From positions 186,296 to 250,295 of the forward strand of contig NIVC01000725.1 in NCBI GenBank assembly GCA_002269645.1: a DNA stretch of 64,000 nt, given 5' to 3'. The translations under genes were made by a program, and so were the position numbers. The notes beneath the pieces were generated by a model. It did no database searches. It was not told the origin of the DNA and was given only the letters and a program-made list of their open reading frames with translations. Shown piece by piece: positions 50,599 through 63,599 of this stretch (position 1 is its first letter; each line of letters starts with the position of its first letter). This stretch comes from Macrostomum lignano. Taxonomy: Eukaryota.

Positions 50599-53500
50599 GT
50601 CAATTTACCAAGCAATTAGAGCTGGTTAAGTAGCAAGCTATATGTCAGAACAGGGGCCACCAGTAAAACAACTTGACCACCAAGGATTTTAAGAGGCTGA
50701 AAAAATGCAAATAAAAATAAGTTAAACTTACTATGACAGGGACTGAGTGGCTTCTATCATTTACATTTATAATTATATTAATTTATTACAAATTACAAAG
50801 TTAGACAAATACAACAGTAACTTGCTGAGATCTCAAAGATTATAGGGGAATTGTTAGAATGTCAAGGCTTGCTGGGGGAACTGCTGGGATGTCAAGGCTT
50901 ATAGGGGAGTTGCCAGGGTATTAAGGCTTACTAGGGGAACTGCTAAGGTGGCAAGGCTTATTGGGACTATTGCTAACATGTCAAGACTTATTGGGGAACT
51001 GCTAAGATGTCAGTACAAGTAGGATTCACATGAAAAAATGTGCCTTGCTATTTTGCTTATTGGCCACCCTAAAAGGAGGGCACTAGATTACTAGTGACTA
51101 GTTAAAAAATTGCCTATATGTATTTTTCTATAATTTTTATTTTCTTATTATTTCAATACTTCAATATATTACATATTATTAGGTTATTAGGTACTTATTA
51201 GATATTTATTAGGTTTAAAAAATATAATTTTTCCAGTCATATATAATTTTTTTTGACAAAAATTGAATTGGAAATGTTTTAATGATTAGAAAAAATGCTT
51301 TTAATGCTTTAAATTGGCATTCTATTTAAGTTTTTCAATTTGAATACCCCCATGGGAAGGGAGCTAGTATGCTAGTCTTAGACTAAAAATAAATAGCAAC
51401 AACCTTTTTTGGTCACATTGGCCAGAAGTTTTATTTAAAACAAATTGCAATAACCTTTCTCTATGTATTATTGACTAGAATAGATTATATAAAAGGTAAA
51501 TATCTTATGTCTGAGTCTAAGTAGACATTGATAAAAAAATTAGTTTAAGCAAATTGTAATATTTTTGTTTTATCCTTGATACATATATTGATTTGTTTGT
51601 TTTTTTGTATATTTATTTGCTTTTTTTATTTATCTATCTTAGTTAGGTACTTTTTTATTTTACCTTGTTCTTTCTTAGTTCTACCTTGATATATCTTAGT
51701 CTAGGCCTACTGTACTTTCATAATTACACTAATTATATCTAGCTTTAGGTTACTAAAAAAAAGAAGAATAGCAATGCTAGAAGATTGGTAGCTCTATCTT
51801 AATACCAATAGCCAGTAATAGCTACGGCAGTATTAGTTATGCACCTTAAATTCTGCATTGAAATATGCAAAATATATCAATATGGAATTTGACACCATTT
51901 TTAATATGTGGAAGCAAAGTTGCACATGTCACTTTTTATATTAGACATGAGACATTATGATTTTTATCTTTGATATGACTCTTCTTCATGTTTTACATGA
52001 TGCTTTTTTAAGTTTTTTTAAGAGCAATTATAGGCTACTCAGTCTACTAAGACTATTGCCAATAGGCCAATACCAAGTGTTAAATAGTTATAGGGGGCCT
52101 ATCCATGATTGTCATCAAAATGGACCAGATTATCCTAGGCCTAGTCTATTATTAAAAAACTAAAAACAAAAATAAGCAAAGCCAAAGGCAAATTCCTGAT
52201 AATAAAGAATCCTATTTAGACTATGATTATCAGATTATTTCAATTACTGTTTTGATAGGCCTACCTTGACTGGCTTGAGGTTGAGAATAGAATAAATGGT
52301 TGAAAATGAATAGGCCTAATGCTGAGAATACTAGATTAAAAAAACACCCAGAACCAGACTAGTATATTGTAGTCCTAGGTGGTAGGCCTAGGCCACTTTT
52401 GACTTAAATTTAAGTATAATTAATATTATAATTTAATTACTTTTATTGATATTATGTCAATTTACATGTTAGGTGTTACCGTGTTAGGCCTTGGATAGGA
52501 TTTAAAATTATAAGTGAGATCATATTTATACATCATGATTCATGTTCCTAAAGTAATCCTTATATATGTGTGTGGAAAAAATAGTCTTGACAAGCTAGAG
52601 TCCTAGACGGAATTGAGAGAAGTGTCAGGATCGGAAAGGTTGCTGAGTAACTTGAATGAATGAATGATTCCCACTTTTAAATCGAGTGAATCACCACCTG
52701 TCGGAAAAATATATTAAGCTTTAGGTAATTCATAAAAAATAAGTTTAATTTTTTACCTTGTTCGAATAAATAGCCACTAGTGTTTTTTTGTATCGTATAT
52801 AGGTGTAGGCTGTAGGCTACTTGTTCTAACAAGCACAAAAATTAAATTTTAAACTTTCTAAGACACCCAGACGGAAGGTTTCCATTGAAGAAGGTCCGCA
52901 AGCTTATATTCGTCACCATCCTATATTAATTGAAGTATCACTGTGTTAACTATGTGTTAACTATTTGTAACTGAGAAGCTTAAAGCTTTCACAATGCGCT
53001 TTTTACAATATAAGCTGATCTTAAGTATTACCAGTACCAATCACTGTAGTAGTGACTAGTGACCGATGTAAATGCCAATGTCCAATGATGCAATGAATGG
53101 AATGGCCAATTTGTTAAGGGCTACAGTCTTGTCTATTGACTTGGGTGCACTTAAAGTGTATGTATAAATATCTAATTGATGATCTAACTTTAAGCTGCCA
53201 GTATGCATGTGTAAGCTGCAAGGCAAATTTGAATAAAAAATAGCAATATATATAGGTTTGCAAAGGTATAACTTTCCAAATCCAATAAAAACGCACTAAA
53301 TAAATAGTAATTAGGAATTAGAAAGAAAAGAAAAATACTCTTTTCATACAGAAAAACGATTTATACATATTTAATGGGTTTTAATTTGGATGATAGCAAA
53401 CTATGTTATATTTTAATAAAAAAGTTAATAAAAATTCTACCTCATTAAATTTTAGTTTAGTACTTTTGTCTTCATTTTTAAACTAAAATTAACAAAAAAA

Positions 53501-54940
53501 AATATAAAATAACATCAAAGGTAATTATAAAATATATAATATAGCCAACTAAATATATTTTTCTAATCTTTCTTTACTAACATTTTAGTGATTTTTAGCA
53601 GGTTTTATTTTGTTGCTTTCCTATTAGAAAACAACTTTTAATGTGTAGAATTATATATATTAAAGAAGATTAACTAAGTTAAACCAAAAAGTATAAAGAT
53701 AAATATTCTACTAGTAGATTCCCATTATATATTTTGGCTTTGATTGACTTCTATAAAATCTTGTTGGCAGTTGCATAGGTTTTGGCTTTTGATTATATTA
53801 GTTATATTTACTTTTTATAATAATAAATAGAAGCAAATTTTACCTATTGAGCATAGACATTATTTTAGCAATTGAAATATATAATAAAAATATTTGAACA
53901 AAGAACAAATTTAAGCAAAAATGATCAAAGTACTTAATGAGCAAATTGTATTTGGCCTTAAAAAGTTATAAAATTAAAAGTACAAAAGGTGTTTTTTCTA
54001 CTTTGTATTATTTGACCAATTTTTATAAGTAAGATGCCTTTCTACCTACGTAATTTTTTTTATTTGAATAAAGAAAGGGAAGACTGAGGGAAGTAGACAT
54101 TTTAACTTTAAATGTCTGATATCTTATTGGAGCCTTTATATTCATGCTGCTTATTGCCTATATCCTTATCTAAGTAATTAGAGAAATTCGCTTGCCTTAA
54201 TAATCACTTTAGAAATTATTTATCTAATCACTAATCAATAATGTCTTATTTATTTATTGTAAAAAAGAATGGTTGACTGTATTCATCTTAACCATAGCCC
54301 CAACTAACCCAATCACACTATTCATATTGCATAATAAATCTCTATTGCTTTGAGTCTCCAATGCTAGGGACTTAAGAGTTCCCATTATAAAGCTTTAAAA
54401 CAATAAAAATTTCAATATTAATTCATCTTTATTGCTCTCCCCATGAAGTCAAAGGCTCTACTGGTCTTTTAAGTTACATTTATTAAGTGGCTTATATTAC
54501 TAGATATGAAAAATATGTTCTCATAGCCTAACTATATGTATGTGTTCTGCCTAAAACATCTATCCATATTTTCCTTTAGCCATATCCATAACTATGGTGG
54601 AACTCTACCCAAAACTCTGGGATCCTAGCAAACATTTGAATCTTGATTTCAACAAATCCCAAAAATGTTGATCCTATTGAACTTATACCATAGACTAGAG
54701 TCATAGACAAAACAACTTTCTGATGCTTTTAAGTCTATAGTTAAAGCTTATGAAAACAGTTATTTTCCATAGATATAGCAAAGTTACAATGTAAACCTAA
54801 TCTATCTTTTTGCATGATCACAAGATTATTCATCAGTAAAATATCCCACTTTCAGCCTGAGCTCTCTCTATTCATAAATTATTTGGCACACTAAAACTTG
54901 GCGAGTCAGTCATAAGCAAATTAAATAGCAATTCTTCACA

Positions 54941-56182
54941 ATGGAAACAACAAAGTACGAGGCAAGGACCACTACCACTGTTTCCGAGGGCCCTGGCATT
55001 GGCTTTGATCGCAGCTACCTGACTTCTGTTCTTGGCATCCTGAATGCCATCATTGTGCTCGCCGCCTTCTGCATGGGCGTCTCCTGCTCTGTGCCGACAC
55101 TATTCTGGAGCTTCACCTCTGCCGCCGCCTATTCCAGCTTTGTTGCCTGGCAGATTCTCGTTGTCTTCATCATCATCTACCTGTTCTATATGCTGCGCAT
55201 CCTGCCCAAGATCCCCGGCCCCATCGGACTGGCGGTGAGCAGACAGAGCTGAGGCGCTAAGACAGACAGGCAGACAGACAGACACTTAGACAGACAGACA
55301 GACAGACAGACGGACAGACAGACAGAAACAGGCAGACAGACAGACAGACACTGAGGCGCTAAGACAGACAGGCAGACAGACAGACAGAAACAGGCAGACA
55401 GACAGACAGACACTGAGGCGCTAAGACAGACAGACGGACAGACAGACAGACAGACGGACAGACAGACAGAAACAGGCAGACAGACACTGAGGCGCTAAGA
55501 CAGACAGGCAGACACTAAGACACTGAGACAGACAGACAGACAGAAACAGGCAGACAGGCAGACAGACAGAAAGAAACAGGCAGATAGACAAACATTCAAA
55601 AAGACAATAGGACGTATTGGTACATAGACACTCAGACAGAAAGAAACAGAATAACAGACATGGTCTCAAGTCACAAGTCAAGTCAGTGACCCAGACAAAT
55701 ACTCATTACCTGAATTCAATTGAACATTTCCCGCAGATGCTTATTTACCTGCTAATCAACTTTGTTTTTCTGTTCATCAGCATCGTGCTGTGCGCCATCA
55801 ACATTGAGATATTTAAGGGCCCCGCGGCCTCCGCTATGGTGAGAGTCTGGAAGCTTTGCTTCAACCAAGTTGAATAGATTTAATAATTGCTCCTAAACTG
55901 CGCTATGAGAATTTTCATTAAAAAATGCCAAGGTTCGCCCTAAGCTCCAATTTCTAAGCTTTTGCTGCAAAAATAGTAAAAAACCGTTTATTACTACTAA
56001 CCATCCGGCAGGTATTCGCCCTAATCGTTATCGGCGGCCATTTCGGCGTCGGCTTCCTGCTATTTCAAAAGTGGCGCGCTTCCGGTCACTACTTTCACAA
56101 GGGCGAGTGCGGTCACACTTTCTCTAGCAGCACCGCTACCGCCACCGCCACGGCCCAGTCTGGGGAACCCGGCCGTTATTAA
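54941..56182 (+). CDS. MARVEL-domain membrane protein (plasmolipin/CMTM-like)
   Basis: Phase-0 exons 54941-55234, 55737-55838, 56012-56182; four hydrophobic segments; N-terminal FDRSYLTSVLGILNAIIV. Confidence 0.75.
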
Positions 56183-56344
56183 CTTGGTGTTCTGACTTGG
56201 TGTTAGACTGGCTGGGTATTTTCATCTGGCGTTGTGTCTAATAGTTAATTTATTATACCGTCTAGGTATTTTGTTGTCTATGTAGGTGAGTGCAAATTTG
56301 ATCAGGTGACCTATAGTACCTTAGGTACTGTGTAAATAATACCA

Positions 56345-56800
56345 GATTAGTGACCGGAAGTAGGTAAATGTGACCTGATCAGTGACCAGAAGTAGATAAC
56401 AACCTTATCTACTGTAACCGTAACCGGAAGTTGATAACTGTAGCCTGATCAGTGACCGGAAGTATTTGCCTGTGACCTGATCAGTGACCGGAAATAGATG
56501 ACTGTAACCTGATAAGTGACCGGAAGTAGATAACTGTAACCTGATCAGTGACCGGAAGTAAATGACTGTAGCATGATCAGTGACCGGAAGTAGATAACTG
56601 TAGCCTGATCAGTGACCGGAAGTATTTGCCTGTGACCTGATCAGTGACCGGGAAAAGATGACTGTAACCTGATCAGTGACCGGAAGTAGTTGACTGTAGC
56701 CTGATCAGTGACAGGAAGTAGATAACTGTAACCTGATCAGTGACTGAAGGTAGGTAACTGTGACCGGAAGTAGATGACTAACCTGATCAGTGACCGTCAG
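56345..56800. repeat. ~33-bp tandem array with CCGGAAGT in most units
   Basis: Unit GTGACCGGAAGTAGATAACTGTAACCTGATCA. Confidence 0.9.
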
Positions 56801-57619
56801 TGACGTACCATTGACCACAATTTTCAAGATTTTAGCCATTCCCTTTTGATACGGTCATATAATTACCAACTATCCATTGCATGTTTTAATGTTTTCCATG
56901 TTGACTATCTCCGTGACTGGCTTCATGAGCAGATAATATATTATATTATTTTTACAGGGAACAAATTATTAATCTTTATCTCTATATTTCTAACCGTAGC
57001 TGTGGTCCAAAATGTTCTCTATTTATTAGCCTGTGAGTTTCCTGTGCAAATTGATAATTATTTACAAGTCTATACTTTCTGCGCTCAATCTATTTTTGGC
57101 TTTGATTGAATTTACGTTCAAACTACAAAGTATAAGTTGCAGTATAAGTTGCAATACTGATTTCTACAACCAAGTCACAGATTTTCTGCAAAAAGTTTGT
57201 GCAATACATATAGTCACATATCTCTAGTACAATAGCGCCTGTCGCAATGCCCAAATCAGTTCTTGTTTTTTATTGCCCTCTGCCAAATGCGTTCATTCCG
57301 AAAAATATAAAAATATACGTTTATTATTGCAGTCCAAATTTTGTCGTTTTTTACGCTTTCGTCCATCGGTTCGATTTGGTTCATTTGAAAAATACTTTTG
57401 TTATTTTGTCATTTAATTTTTTTGGATATCTTCAGGACAACAGTAAATAGGCTCAATAGACTGAAATTTTGATTTCCCTAGGTTGTACTAAACCCAAGGA
57501 ATGCCAATACATCTTCAGCACAAAACAGCTTCTTAAATTTTAAGACAAACCATAGCGTCATTGCTTACCTGCCTACTGATAGTACAGTGGCAAGGAATTC
57601 GCAATTCGAATCCGATCAG

Positions 57620-58255
57620 AAGCCAACCAGCAGCCAGCCAACCAGCAGCAAGCCAACCAGCAGCCAGTTAATCAGCAGCCAGCCAACCAGCAGCCAGCCA
57701 ACCAGCAGCCACCCAACCAGCAGCCAGCCAATTAGCAGTCAGCCAACTAGCAGCCAGCCAATCAGCAGCCACCCAACCAGCAGCCAGCCAACCAGCAGCC
57801 AGCCAACCAGCAGCCAGCCAACCAGCAACCAGCCAATCAGCAGCCACCCAATCAGCAGCCACCCAATCAGTGGCCAGCCAACCAGCAGCCAGCCAACCAG
57901 CAGCCACCCAACCAGCAGCCACCCAACCAGCAGCCAGCCAATCAGCAGCCACCCAACCAGCAGCCGCCCAACCAACAGTCAGCCAACCAGCAGCCAGCCA
58001 ACCAGCAGCCAGCCAATTAGCAGTCAGCCAACTAGCAGCCAGCCAATCAGCAGCCACCCAACCAGCAGCCAGCCAACCAGCAGTCAGCCAACCAGCAGCC
58101 ACCCAACCAGCAGCCACCCAACCAGCAGCCAGCCAATCAGCAGCCACCCAACCAGCAGCCGCCCAACCAACAGTCAGCCAACCAGCAGCCAGCCAACCAG
58201 CAGCCCGCCAATCAGCAGCCAGCCAACCAGCAGCCAGCCAATCAGCAGCCAGCCA
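57620..58255 (+). repeat. 15-bp repeat in frame with SLC25A19 copy A (SSQPT)n
   Basis: Unit CAGCAGCCAGCCAAC, about 42 copies, no in-frame stop. Confidence 0.9.
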
Positions 58256-60475
58256 ATGGGCGGAGGTCGTCGAGCTCCAGACGCGGTGTCGGCCTACGCC
58301 GGCTTCCTCAGTGGCGCTACGGTTCGCGCGCTGCTGCAGCCGCTGGACGTGATCAAGATCAGGTGGCAACTGCAGCTGGAGTCCATCAGCAGACGGGGTG
58401 ACGGCGGCACCTACCAGAGCCTGCCGCAGACTGTGGGCCGAATCCTACGGGAGGAAGGCGCTCGAGCACTGTGGAAGGGTCACGTGCCCTGCCAGGTGGT
58501 GTCGGTGCTGTTCAACTCGGTGCAGTTTTACACCTTCGAGCGCAGCGGGCCGCCAGTTCGGGAGCTTCTTGGAGGCGGCAGCGACTTTGGTGCAGACTTT
58601 GTGTGCGGCGGCATCTCTGGGGTAGCGGCGGCGCTGAGCTGCCACCCGTTCGACACCTTGCGGACACGGCTGATTGGGCAGAGCGAGAAGAACCGCGTGT
58701 ACTCTGGTCTGGTGCACGCTGTGACCCACATGTGGCGGTCGGAGGGTCCGCGTGTGTTCTTCCAGGTGAGTCACTGATTAGTGTGTTTTTCCAGGTGGGT
58801 CACTGACTGGTGTGTGTTCTTCCAGGTGGGCCACTGACTGGTGTGTGTGTTCTTCCAGGTGGGTCACTGATTGGCGTGTGTGTTCTTCCAGGTGGGCCAC
58901 TGACTGGTGTGTGTGTTCTTCCAGGTGGGTCACTGATTGGCGTGTGTGTTCTTCCAGGTGGGTCACTGACTGGTGTGTGTGTTTTTCCAGGTGGGTCACT
59001 GATTGCTGTGTTCGGTCACTGAGTCAAAATTTTGTTACATAACTTCAGGGTACAATTGCATTTTCAAATCACAAATGCCAGTCAGTTTGCCTCATCAATT
59101 TCCCCGCTCCATCTGCAGGGCCTGAATTCGAATCTGTGCATGACGATGCCGCAGGCGGCTAGCCGGTTCGCCTTCTACAAGCTGCTGTTCGGCCCCCTGG
59201 CCGACCGTTCTTCGGCGTCAGCCGCGGCCGCCGGCTCCGGCTTTCTGTCCGGCGTGCTGTCCAAGGCCCTCGTCTACCCCTTCGACGTCATGAAGAAGCG
59301 CCAGCAGGTGCGCGGCTTCGAGGCCGCCCGACGCGCGTTTGGCCGCGTGCAGGTGAACATGCTGACACCCTTTAGGACTGTCTGACACCCTTTAGGACTG
59401 TCTGACACCCTTTAGGACTGTCTGACACTCTTTAGGACTGTCTGACACCCTTTGGGACTGTCTGACACCCTTTGGGACTGTCTGACACCCTTTAGGACTG
59501 TCTGACACCCTTTAGGACTGTCTGACACCCTTTAGGACTGTCTGACACCCTTTGGGACTGTCTGACACCCTTTAGGACTGTCTGACACCCTTTGGGACTG
59601 TCTGACACCCTTTAGGACTGTCTGACACCCTTTAGGACTGTCTGACACCCTTTAGGACTGTCTGACACCCTTTGGGACTGTCTGAAACCCTATAAAACTT
59701 TCTGACACCCTAGTTAGGACTCTCTGACACCATTTGAACCTGTCTGACACCCCTGGCACTGTCTGAAACCTCCCTTTTAATGTCAAATGTTTCGTAATAA
59801 TTTCTGACACTTTTAACACATTAATAATGTCTGACACCTCTAGGACACGTCAACTACCCAGACTGTCGCCTGACACTCCTAACAGGTACTCCATGACACT
59901 TCAGGGCTGTAGCCTAGTGTTTAGAGCGTCGGGCTCACGACTTGAAGGTCGGGGGTTCGATTCCCGATCGCACTGGAACAGTTTGCGTCTTTGAGCAAGA
60001 CACTTAACTCTGCATTGCTTCAGTTCACCCAGCTGTAAAATGGGTGCCAGCATAATTGAGGGTGTGTGGCGACCCCCCAGTCCTTGGACTGAACAGCCGT
60101 ACGCAGCCTTCAGATGCGCCGCGCAAATAGCTGCGGCTGAGCTGTCGGTTGCACATCTACCCAATTAGGGCAGTTGTAATCAACTATTGTATATTATTAT
60201 ATGACGCTTCAGCATATCGTCTCGCATATCTGTTTCCCTCGGACTACCTCCGCCACCAATGCCCTCTCACGCACCCTACACAGCCCCGCTCCCCGCAGGA
60301 CTCGGGCAGCAGCCGGACCATCGCAGCCTGCGCCTCCTTCATCTGGCGCAACGAAGGCCTTCGCGGGTTCTACAAAGGCCTGGGCCCGTCAATGCTGAAG
60401 GCTGGCCTGTTCACGTCCACCACTTTCTACTTCTTTGAACTTTACCGCTCGCTAATTCTGTCCGCTTTGTACTAA
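58256..60475 (+). CDS. SLC25A19: Mitochondrial thiamine pyrophosphate carrier-like, copy A (reading frame possibly extends to 57482)
   Basis: Exons 58256-58765, 59119-59352, 60299-60475; three carrier repeats [39 protein letters not shown]; WKGHVP; GFYKGL. Confidence 0.9.
58750..59015 (+). repeat. ~26-30-bp array made from the exon end plus donor; equivalent array at 62750-63205
   Basis: Unit GTGTGTTCTTCCAG|GTGGGTCACTGA(T/C)T. Confidence 0.9.
59365..59690. repeat. 20-bp intronic minisatellite
   Basis: Unit CTGTCTGACACCCTTTAGGA. Confidence 0.95.
59904..60198 (+). mobile_element. Intact tRNA-headed CORE-type SINE
   Basis: tRNA-like head, then TTGAGCAAGACACTTAAC...CTTCAGTT...CTGTAAAATGGG resembling the MIR/CORE domain, then an AT-rich tail. 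Confidence 0.85.
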
Positions 60476-60914
60476 ACGCTAAAAATGCTCATATTGCTAC
60501 TTCTATTGGCCAGGCTTTCAGTAGTACACGCGCGCATTTTTTGCTATTCTAACAACTGTACGAAATGTACTTAAGAATCGCATCAATTCAAAATTTGTGT
60601 GCAATTCAATTGTATTCGGATCGTCAACTACAGTATTGATCCTGTTTTGCTTACATATGAATGTTTTTGCTCTTATTTTCCATTATGTTCTGGATTAATG
60701 TTCCGTTTACTCAAGCTTGCTGCAATAAAAGTAGAAATATGTCTGCTTAATGCAGTCTTGGTGCTTTTGTGTGCCTTGTTTAATTATTATTTTCATTCTT
60801 CCTTTCTTTTTGTCTTTACACTTTGAGTTTTTTTCGCTGGCTGCACACGTCTAAAAGCCGTTTAACTGTGCACACTTGATTGTGTTATCAAGCCAATATG
60901 GTGTGAATGTACTT

Positions 60915-61580
60915 GTAGGGTAAGAGATTTGCTTTTCTAACCCTGAATGTACATACATACATTATTGTTTGCAAGCCGTAGAGTAAGAACGTACATTCTG
61001 ACAATGTACATTGCGGGGTAAGAGATTTGCTTTTCTAACCCTGAATGTACATTCATACTTTATTGTTTGCAAGCCATAGAGTAAGAACGTACATTCTGAC
61101 AGTGTACATTGTGGGGTAAGATATTTAATTTTCTAATCCCGAACGTACATTCTGTCTGTGTCATTCATGGGGCAAGAGATTTGCTCCTGTAACCCTGAAT
61201 GTACATACTTTATTGTTAGCAAGTCATAGAGTAAGAACGTACATTCTGACAATGTACATTGCGGGGTAAGAGATTTGCTTTTCTAACCCTGAATGTACAT
61301 TCATACTTTATTGTTTGCAAGCCATAAAATAAGAACGTACATTCTGACAGTGTACATTGTGGGGTAAGAGATTTAATTTTCTAATCCCGAACGTACATTC
61401 TGTCTGTGTCATTCATGGGGCAAGAGATTTGCTCCTGTAACCCTGAATGTACATACTTTATTGTTAGCAAGTCATAGAGTAAGAACGTACATTCTGTCAG
61501 TGGTAAGAGATTTTCTCCTCTGCCCCTGAGCGTACATTGATTTTTTGTTAGCAAGTCACTTGCGTAAATGTACATTCTGT
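60915..61580. repeat. Satellite with higher-order ~248-bp period
   Basis: GTACAT-containing subunits; the block at 61021 recurs at 61269. Confidence 0.75.
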
Positions 61581-62255
61581 CAGAGTAACATTAGAAAATT
61601 CGTATTGTTCCTTTTAATGGTTAAAAAATCTTTAATTAATTTTTATTCATTTGTTCTGCTGCTTTTAACATTAATTTTCTAAATAACAAAATCTACTGCA
61701 AGAAATCTTACCATGCCCTGTCGCGTGTACTTTTGCAACAATTATATCACCAACCAGCGGTAACGACCGTCGACCAACCATCCTTTGCCCCACTACGAGT
61801 AATGCATTTTTGATACTATTGATAAATATAAAGTCCTGTGGTAATCTTTATTGATTTATTTTGTCGAAATTAATATCATTGAGTGGATGTTTAAAGATGT
61901 CAAAAAACGCTTTTATTAAATTACTCTGCCACTACGGTCTGACTCATTCAGAGCTGTTTAGAAATTGGCTGAATTTACCTTGCAGCTCGAAGAACCAGTT
62001 GCCAACAATAAAAAGCTCCAGCAGCCAACCGGCAGTGGCGGTGAAAACCGTCTGAAACTGCCCACTCATAGTGGCGTGGCGGAGACATCGCAGTCAAAAT
62101 TGTTTGAGGCAGAGAAGTCAGAGCAGGGCCAGCCAACCAGCAACGTTCAAACCAGCAGCCAGCCAATCAGCAGCCAGCCAACCAGCAGCCAGCCAATCAG
62201 CGGCCAGCCAACCAGCAACCAGCCAATCAGCAGCCAGCCAACCAGCAGCCAGCCA

Positions 62256-63576
62256 ATGGGCGGAGGTCGTCGAGCTCCAGACGCGGTGTCGGCCTACGCC
62301 GGCTTCCTCAGTGGCGCCACGGTTCGCGCGCTGCTGCAGCCGCTGGACGTGATCAAGATCAGGTGGCAACTGCAGCTGGAGTCCATCAGCAGACGGGGTG
62401 ATGGCGGCACCTACCAGAGCCTGCCGCAGACTGTGGGCCGAATCCTACGGGAGGAAGGCGCTCGAGCACTGTGGAAGGGTCACGTGCCCTGCCAGGTGGT
62501 GTCGGTGCTGTTCAACTCGGTGCAGTTTTACACCTTCGAGCGCAGCGGGCCGCCAGTTCGGGAGCTGCTCGGAGGCGGCAGCGACTTTGGTGCAGACTTT
62601 GTGTGCGGCGGCATCTCTGGGGTAGCGGCGGCGCTGAGCTGCCACCCGTTCGACACCTTGCGGACACGGCTGATTGGGCAGAGCGAGAAGAACCGCGTGT
62701 ACTCTGGTCTGGTGCACGCTGTGACCCACATGTGGCGGTCGGAGGGTCCGCGTGTGTTCTTTCAGGTGGGTCACTGATTGGCGTGTTCTTCCAGGTGGGT
62801 CACTGGAAGAACACTGAATGGGTCACTGATTAGTGTGTTCTTCCAGGTGGGTCACTGACGGGTGTGTGTTCTTCCAGGTGGGTCACTGATTAGTGTGTTC
62901 TTCCAGATGGGTCACTGATTAGTGTGTTCTTCCAGGTGGGTCACTGATTAGTGTGTTCTTCTAGGTGTGTCACTGATTGCTGTGTTTTTCCAGGTGGGTC
63001 ACTGATTGTTGTGTGCTCTTCCAGGTGGGTCACTGATTGATGTGTGTTCTTCCAGATGGGTCACTGATTGGTGTGTTCTTCCAGGTGGGTCACTGATTAG
63101 TGTGTTCTTCCAGGTGGGTCACTGATTAGTGTGTTCTTCCAGGTGGGTCACTGATTAGTGTGTTCTTCCAGGTGGGTCACTGATTGCTGTGTGTCTTCCA
63201 GGTGTGACACGGATCGGTGTGTACTATGTTTCGTTGGCTTTCCACGTTACATACTGGCCCTGTAGGTCAGAGTGGCCCTGTGCCGTAGCAAATCTGCAGT
63301 CTAATATCTTGCTCCATCACTTTGCCGCAGGGCCTGGGCCCCAACCTGGCCATGATGGCCGGTCAGTCCAGTGTGCACTTTGCCGTCTACCACGGCCTGC
63401 GCCGCCTCCTGAACGACGTCGATGGCAGCGTCGGAAGTAGCGGGGGCGACGCCCTGACGGCGGGTTTCGCGGCCGGCGTGGCAGCCAAGTCGGTGGTTTA
63501 TCCGCTGGACGTGCTGAAGAAGCGCCAGCAGGTCCGTGGCTTCGAGGCTGCCCGACTCTGCTTTGGCCGGGTGCAG
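62256..63576 (+). CDS. SLC25A19: Mitochondrial thiamine pyrophosphate carrier-like, copy B (3' exon outside window; frame possibly extends to 61986)
   Basis: Exons 62256-62765 (protein identical to copy A) and 63331-63576 ([18 protein letters not shown]). Confidence 0.85.
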
Positions 63577-63599
63577 GTGAGGCTGGAGCTGGTATGGTA

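Noticed and set aside
54560-54680. MADF-like peptide VELYPKLWDPSKH (Harbinger relic)
   Set aside because: Too short, surrounded by stops, and no transposase or TIRs are visible.
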